Origin: Deltaproteobacteria bacterium
GTDB lineage: Bacteria > Myxococcota_A > UBA9160 > SMWR01
DNA: 64,000 bases
Direction of reading: 5' to 3'
Assembly: GCA_032128375.1 (NCBI GenBank)
Contig: JAQBGU010000210.1
Span: 1 to 64,000 of the forward strand
Shown here: one piece after another, positions 58,512 to 64,000 of the stretch
Layout of the letters: every line of letters begins with the position of its first letter
Position numbering within the stretch: the first letter of the stretch is position 1
Program-made: the position numbers and the translations under genes
The notes under the pieces: generated by a model
What the model was told of the DNA's origin: nothing
Seen by the model: only the letters and a program-made list of their open reading frames with translations
The model's database searches: none

Positions 58512-58814
58512 CTAGTCGTTGTTCACCTAGTTCGTCGCGGCGGTCGCGGGTTTCGAGCGAGCCACGCTCGCAGTGATGAATGGATGCGCGCAAGGACGCA
58601 TCTCGTGCCCCCACGCCTTCTCGTTGGGTGGTAGCGGACAAACAGTCGCACCATCCTAGCGAGTGCGCCCGCAACTAGCAGCACACTGGGGGGCCGAGAG
58701 CAGCCCCCGGTTGTCCCAAACATCGCGACTCGGCTGCACGGGGCGTGGGGCCATTGCCGGGGCGTTCGGAGCGGTGGTTTCGTGTGCCTCTCACTGCCTA
58801 TACTCGCGGCCGCG

Positions 58815-58994
58815 ATGGATGAAAGCCGAAATGATGGGCGGGACTCTGAGGGCCGACGCGATGTTCGGTCCGCGCTGGCGCGTGCTGTGAAAATGACGCT
58901 GCTGATCTTCGGCGTGTTGCTCGGGGGCGTCGTCATCACCGCCTGGCTGACGGACGACACGGACCTCCCCTTCGACTACGAGGGCTTCGACTAG
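58815..58994 (+). CDS. Small single-TM protein ending in PFDYEGFD
   Basis: 59-aa ORF with one hydrophobic helix, ending 4 nt before the SGNH-TPR start. Confidence 0.6.
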   Translation: MDESRNDGRDSEGRRDVRSALARAVKMTLLIFGVLLGGVVITAWLTDDTDLPFDYEGFD

Positions 58995-58998
58995 CCAC

Positions 58999-60648
58999 AT
59001 GGGCGACGAGAATTCGCCTCCGACCCCGGCGGCGAACCTCCTGTTACTCGCTGGATCGCTGCTGTTCGCCCTATTGCTCGTGGGTGGGCTCGAGGCGGCG
59101 CTGCGCGTGGCAGGGCTGGGCGCCCCAGACGCCTCGCGAACCTCCCGGCTCAAGTACCAGCAGATCTACTTCCCCATCATCGAACCAGCCATGCGTCGCG
59201 ACGGGGTGCAGGTACTCGCCACAGCGGATGTGCGGCTCCCGTATCAGACCCTTCTTCGACACAAACCCAGCAACGGCCTGCGGGTGTTCACCTTTGGCGG
59301 TTCGGCCACCGCCGGTCTCGGTTTCAGCCCCAATGTGACCTTCGCGCGTTACCTCGAGCGCATGCTCCAGCGCGCACACCCGGAGCGCGAAGTCGAAGTG
59401 GTGAACCTCGGAATCGTCGCGCTGGCTTCCAAACAGGTAAACCTGATGCTGGCCGATGTGTGTCGCAACGCAGAGGCGGACCTGGTGGTGGTCTACTCCG
59501 GCAACAACGAGTTCCTCGAAATTCACGCGGAGAAGTTCGCCATCGCACAGGGGGCGTGGGTCTCCCAGTTTCGCGACATCGTGCTCGACACCCATCTCTA
59601 CCGTTTCGTCAATCGCGCGATACGCGGAGCGCCACGCAAACCCAGCCGGGCCGAGCAGGACTACTCGAAGCAGGACCTACGCCTCACCCAACACGAGATC
59701 ATCCAGGAAATCGAGATGTCGCCGTTCGAGGTCGCGGAGATCGTCGACGCCTACGAGGCCAACTTCGAGTCCATGGTCGCGGTAGCGCAGCAGACGGGAA
59801 CCCCCATTCTGCCGCTCACCGTGGCGTCAAACTGGCGTTGGCGCGGGCGCGAGGATCTGCCGGCCGACTGGCTCGACGACCTGCTCGGCGAGCGCGGACA
59901 GGCGACGCCGGAGCGCTATCACGAGGCCCTCGTGGTGCTGGACTCCCGCATCGCTTCGGCAGCCGTCCGGGAGCGCTACACTTGGTTGTACCGCCGCGCG
60001 ATCGCAGCCGAGGCTCTCGGTGACCACGATGCCGCGCGCGACGACTTCCGTGCTGCGATGAACCAGGATCCCCACCTGCGCCGCGCGCTCGACAGCATGG
60101 CCGAGCGCGTCCGGGCAGTGGCGAAGCGGAAAGGGGTGCCGCTACTCGACACGATCGAGTTGCTTTCGGCATCGGAGGCGCACGGAATCATCGGCTTCGA
60201 AGCGTTCTACGACTACGTCCACCTGACGCCACGGGGTGCCCTGCTTGTAGCTGCCGGGATCTTCGAGGTCATCCACGAAACCGGAATCCTGCCGCGAGCG
60301 CCGGACTTCGACGCGGACGCGTTCGTCGCCCGAAACCTCGAACAGCTGGCCGAGATGCGGCAAGACAACCTCGACGTCACCGAGTGGATGGGTATCGGCT
60401 TCGATATGCAGGCGGTCTCCGATCGCGACTTGTGGAAATACGATCGCATGTTGGCGGATCTCGATCGGCGGATCGGAGACGATCCGACCGACCTACGCGC
60501 TTGGGTCTACCGAGGAAGCGCCAACTCCTTCCGAGTAGACGGTGCCCAAGATGCAGAGAGAGACTATCGCGCGGCGCTCCAGCTCGCAGGCGACGACCCG
60601 GTGATCCGCTCCAATCTCGAGCGGCTGCTCGCGGGCCGGGGATCGTGA
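58999..60648 (+). CDS. Membrane-anchored SGNH-like hydrolase/acyltransferase with TPR repeats
   Basis: N-terminal TM (...LEAALR); FGGSATAG, VVNLG, YSGNNEF, YDYVHLT (DxxH); TPR-like helices. Confidence 0.85.
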   Translation: MGDENSPPTPAANLLLLAGSLLFALLLVGGLEAALRVAGLGAPDASRTSRLKYQQIYFPIIEPAMRRDGVQVLATADVRLPYQTLLRHKPSNGLRVFTFGGSATAGLGFSPNVTFARYLERMLQRAHPEREVEVVNLGIVALASKQVNLMLADVCRNAEADLVVVYSGNNEFLEIHAEKFAIAQGAWVSQFRDIVLDTHLYRFVNRAIRGAPRKPSRAEQDYSKQDLRLTQHEIIQEIEMSPFEVAEIVDAYEANFESMVAVAQQTGTPILPLTVASNWRWRGREDLPADWLDDLLGERGQATPERYHEALVVLDSRIASAAVRERYTWLYRRAIAAEALGDHDAARDDFRAAMNQDPHLRRALDSMAERVRAVAKRKGVPLLDTIELLSASEAHGIIGFEAFYDYVHLTPRGALLVAAGIFEVIHETGILPRAPDFDADAFVARNLEQLAEMRQDNLDVTEWMGIGFDMQAVSDRDLWKYDRMLADLDRRIGDDPTDLRAWVYRGSANSFRVDGAQDAERDYRAALQLAGDDPVIRSNLERLLAGRGS

Positions 60649-60704
60649 GCTGGGACAGAATCAGCCGCCTTCACGCTCTCGCGACTTGCCTCGGAGCAGC
60701 TGCG

Positions 60705-62054
60705 CTACGCGCTCGGCTCGCTCTGCTGAATGTACGTGTGTTCCTTGAACGCCATCGCGACGGGAATGAAAAGCACCGCGGCTGCGAACATCAAACCCGC
60801 AAAGAACAGGAAGTAACTCGCGCCCTCGAGCCTGGAAGTGCCGTCGGGATTCTGAATCACCGTGTTGACCGCGGCCGTGAACAGGTTCCCGAGCGACACA
60901 CTCATCAAGAAGAGTGCCATGATGAACGACTTGATCTTGCGCGGTGCCTGCGTATAGGAGAACTCGAGGGCCGTGATGGATACGAGCACTTCGGCTGCCG
61001 TCAGAATCGTGTAGGCGACGAGTTGCCAGACGATACTGGGGGTCTGCCCCACCGCGATCCAGCTTTCGATCAAGGCGACAATCAAGAACGATCCGGTCGC
61101 AATGAACAGGCCGAACGAAATCTTGCGAAGCGGCGTGAGGACGACAACTGCCTCGACCGTTGGATACAGAAGTTTGTTGAACAGCGGAATGAAAGCCAGG
61201 ATCAGAATCGGATTGACAGCCTGGATCTGCGACTCCAGCCACAAGATCCCCATGAAATGCCGGTCCATCTTCTTGGCCTGAAAGACCCAGGTCGACCCGG
61301 ACTGGTCGAACAGCGCCCAGAAAATCGCGATGAAGAGGTAGACGAGCGCAAGGCGCAGCATGATCGCGACCCCCTCGCGGCCGAACGCCTCTTTCAGGAA
61401 TTCTCGGCCGCCGGGCGGGACGTGGATGAAGCGCTGGCGCCCCAACCAGAAGACCCAGGTCGCCAGAATCATCAGAGCGCCCGGAAGACCAAAGGCCGCA
61501 TGCGGGCCTATGTGCTCGAGCAATAATGGTGTCAGCAGCGTCGAAACAAAGGCGCCGAGATTGATCGAGAAGTAGAAGTACGAGTAAGTTTTGGGAAGCA
61601 AACTGGCATTGGTCGCGCCGAACTGGTCACCCACGTGAGCCGAAACGCAGGGCTTGATGCCACCCGATCCCAACGAGATCAAGCCGAGCCCCAGCGCGAG
61701 CCCTGTCAGCGTGTCGTCCATCGCCAGTGCGAGATGACCCAAACAATAGACGATCGACAGGCTGACGATGGTTCGGTACTTGCCAAGAAAAACATCCGCG
61801 AGCAGCGCGCCGGCGACCGGGGTGAAGTACACCGCCGTGCCAAACCAATGGTAGTACGCGGTCGCATCCGCTTCGCTCAGCACCGCGAGTTCTCCGCTCG
61901 CGTCGCGCAGGTACTGGGTCATGAAGATGACCAACACCGTGCGCATGCCGTAGTAGCTAAAGCGCTCCGCTGCCTCGTTGCCGATGATGTAGGGGATGCC
62001 CTTGGGCATCTCCTGGCTGACTTCCGGAGCGGTGCGGTAACGGGAACTCGCCAT
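60705..62054 (-). CDS. POT/PTR family proton-dependent oligopeptide transporter
   Basis: ExxERxxYY motif (NEAAERFSYYG), GGIKPCVSAHVGDQF, FYFSINLG, LEFSYTQAP. Confidence 0.95.
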   Translation of the reverse strand: MASSRYRTAPEVSQEMPKGIPYIIGNEAAERFSYYGMRTVLVIFMTQYLRDASGELAVLSEADATAYYHWFGTAVYFTPVAGALLADVFLGKYRTIVSLSIVYCLGHLALAMDDTLTGLALGLGLISLGSGGIKPCVSAHVGDQFGATNASLLPKTYSYFYFSINLGAFVSTLLTPLLLEHIGPHAAFGLPGALMILATWVFWLGRQRFIHVPPGGREFLKEAFGREGVAIMLRLALVYLFIAIFWALFDQSGSTWVFQAKKMDRHFMGILWLESQIQAVNPILILAFIPLFNKLLYPTVEAVVVLTPLRKISFGLFIATGSFLIVALIESWIAVGQTPSIVWQLVAYTILTAAEVLVSITALEFSYTQAPRKIKSFIMALFLMSVSLGNLFTAAVNTVIQNPDGTSRLEGASYFLFFAGLMFAAAVLFIPVAMAFKEHTYIQQSEPSA

Positions 62055-62272
62055 CAGCAAGCGTGGCCGCTGGAACGTTCTGCTTCGATTGCGCCCGGTC
62101 GGTTACTCACCCCTGCCCCCCTATGGCGGCAGGATGATCCGCAATGAGGACGGACGCGTCAAACCGGAGGAAGAGCGTGAAGCGTCGGACGGCCGCCCCG
62201 AGCGAAACGGAGGGCATCGGTCGAACCTGCGCGCAAGCGGTGACGCACGGTCCGCCGAATCACAGGGACTCT

Positions 62273-63652
62273 TCAATCTGCAGCGATGACCGCGCCGACC
62301 GCAGCCGAAAGTTCATCACAGACCTCGTGCGATGCGGCGCCAGCGCGGAGTCGACGAAAGATGGCATCCAGTGACTTGCGCGCGTCCGGGTCGATCTGCT
62401 GAAGGCCGTGTGCCGGTCCTTCCGAAAGCGCCAGCGTCGTTCGATCCGCGTGGGTTCGACCTGCGAGTGTCCGGCGGTGGTGCAGTGCGCGTCCCAGTAC
62501 CACATAAGGGAAGTTTTCGTGCTGGATAGGCCCGCACTGGAGAAGCAGGCCTCCGAGCGGGAGCGCGAGTACCTTGATCTGTGTGAGCCGGGAACCTCCG
62601 AAGGCAGCGGTTATCCCTCCGACCGCTGCCCCGACCAGGCTTCCCAGGAAAAGAGACGCCCCTCCTACGCCGAGGTCGACCGCGCCGCCAACGATCGCTC
62701 CGCTCGTCGCGCCAGCCGTCACGAGCTGGCGTCGGTTCAGCCCCCAGAAGTACCAGTCGTCTGTCGAGAACAGGTCACTGTCGAGCAGCTCGACATCGGT
62801 TTCCGAACGCTCGATCACATGCTGATCGTAGACTTCCTCAACGGCCATCCGACCCCGCCGCTCGCGCTTGCGGAGCTTCTCCATGAACTCTCGCTCGAGA
62901 ACATCGTGGTATTGCGTCGGGTCTGCTCCAGTCGAAAGACGGCGGGCCGTAGCATCAGAGAGAATATCCGCCAGCATCTCGGCAATCGCGCGAGCCGCCC
63001 GGTGGTGTTGGCGGGCACGCTCGGCCCCCAGAATTTCCACCGCCCGAGACAGCGACACCGACCAATTCTGTTCGAGTTGTCCGAACGCCCGAAGCAGGTC
63101 GAGGCGCGCTTCAAACGGCGCCTTGACCGCATCGAAGACACGCACCACCTGAAAGTACTGGCGAAGTGCCGCCTTCCATTGCGCGATGTGGTCATCGCGT
63201 CCGATGCAGTTGATGAGGGCCAGACTCGGTTGCCCGGTCCAACGCAGAATCTCCATCTCGGCTTCGTACTCAGGCCCGAAAGGCAACGACCCATCGACGA
63301 CGTATAGGATCCCAGCCCCATTGAGTACCGGGGCGAGCAGCTCGCACTCATCGGGAAACTCTCCGGTATCGCGATGAAGCGCAACGAAGCGCTCGACCGC
63401 TGCGCGATGTTGGGCTGCCGTGACCTGTTGTTCCTGCAGCCACTCCCACGCCCGCCGTGCGCGCTGAAAACCGGGAGTATCCATCAGTGTGTAGATAAGC
63501 TCTCCGTCGACTTTCATCGGATAGGCGCGACATACCACTGTCGTGCCCGCCTGCGCGGCGATGCTGACCGAATCATCGTGGGCCAGCGTCGAGACCACGC
63601 TCGATTTTCCTTTGTTGGGATGCCCCACAACTGCGAACACCGGACTCGTCAC
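62273..63652 (-). CDS. GTPase domain protein, DUF3482 type
   Basis: G1 VVGHPNKGKSS, G2 GTT, G3 DTPG, LYVVDG; Gly-rich C-terminal hydrophobic hairpin. GTG start overlaps the upstream stop. Confidence 0.82.
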   Translation of the reverse strand: MTSPVFAVVGHPNKGKSSVVSTLAHDDSVSIAAQAGTTVVCRAYPMKVDGELIYTLMDTPGFQRARRAWEWLQEQQVTAAQHRAAVERFVALHRDTGEFPDECELLAPVLNGAGILYVVDGSLPFGPEYEAEMEILRWTGQPSLALINCIGRDDHIAQWKAALRQYFQVVRVFDAVKAPFEARLDLLRAFGQLEQNWSVSLSRAVEILGAERARQHHRAARAIAEMLADILSDATARRLSTGADPTQYHDVLEREFMEKLRKRERRGRMAVEEVYDQHVIERSETDVELLDSDLFSTDDWYFWGLNRRQLVTAGATSGAIVGGAVDLGVGGASLFLGSLVGAAVGGITAAFGGSRLTQIKVLALPLGGLLLQCGPIQHENFPYVVLGRALHHRRTLAGRTHADRTTLALSEGPAHGLQQIDPDARKSLDAIFRRLRAGAASHEVCDELSAAVGAVIAAD

Positions 63653-64000
63653 GATCCGCACCCATCCAACGTACGAGTCGACAACCACGGGTCGCCGACC
63701 GAGTCGACGCGGCGCAGCCACTGGTCGCGATCGATATCGAGCGGGGCCGCGGGCTCTCCGCCGACACCGAGCGCGATGGGGACCACGATGATGGCCGCGC
63801 CATCACCCAGCTCTGCGCGCAGTTCAGTCACGAAATCGACGAACTCGAGAATCGGAGGTTCCCAGGAACGCACCCCGACTACGACCGCGAGATCCGACTG
63901 CCGGTGCATTTCCGCCAAATTGCGGAGCAACGCGCGATCCTCAGCCCATGAGTGCGACCCGCCCGCCGCCTGCACGCACACCGGGCTCAGGCCGAGATCC
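63649..64000 (-). CDS. DUF2868-like protein, C-terminal part (runs off the window)
   Basis: VRSWEPPILEFVDFVTELR...DQWLR; coupled to the DUF3482-type GTPase, the usual partner of this family. Confidence 0.7.
   Translation of the reverse strand, partial: DLGLSPVCVQAAGGSHSWAEDRALLRNLAEMHRQSDLAVVVGVRSWEPPILEFVDFVTELRAELGDGAAIIVVPIALGVGGEPAAPLDIDRDQWLRRVDSVGDPWLSTRTLDGCGS

Noticed and set aside
58512..58814. Several short hairpins in the divergent intergenic region
   Set aside because: Expected by chance in GC-rich DNA; no match to riboswitch or ncRNA consensus that I can recognise.

Overview
This GC-rich bacterial chromosomal window holds about 55 genes. The gene content suggests an uncultured Myxococcota/deltaproteobacterium-like lipid or hydrocarbon degrader, but that is an inference only. 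No rRNA, tRNA, CRISPR array, integrase or transposase was recognised. Main blocks: (1) a partial CYP153-like P450 at the left edge. (2) A ~9 kb signalling cluster (1082-10287) with a PAS hybrid kinase, a metzincin-like protease, three LuxR/NarL/FixJ-type regulators, two PilZ fusions and a degenerate SthA-like flavoprotein, whose intergenic regions share a CTGCGTA / 7-2-7 motif. (3) A scarred accessory segment (10290-14150) with abutting gspG-like and trkA-like fragments, a DUF3604 gene, a truncated barrel-protein fragment and an orphan tandem-HTH protein. (4) Two apparent pseudoenzymes (dienelactone-hydrolase-like and CCA-adding-like) next to a SelW/Rdx-family selenoprotein gene (CxxU, in-frame TGA, SECIS-like hairpin) that the ORF track splits. 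(5) Stress and envelope genes: Bax inhibitor-1, Prx5, and an ECF sigma with a zinc-finger anti-sigma carrying bactofilin-like repeats. (6) Many acyl-CoA and xenobiotic catabolic genes. (7) A Dus gene with a repeat-derived insertion. (8) A surface-polysaccharide block (asnB, GT4, MsbA-like ABC) with a small membrane protein ending in an FxYxxF motif directly upstream of an SGNH-TPR protein. (9) A POT transporter and a DUF3482/DUF2868-type gene pair. All family calls come from motif recognition by eye, not database searches.
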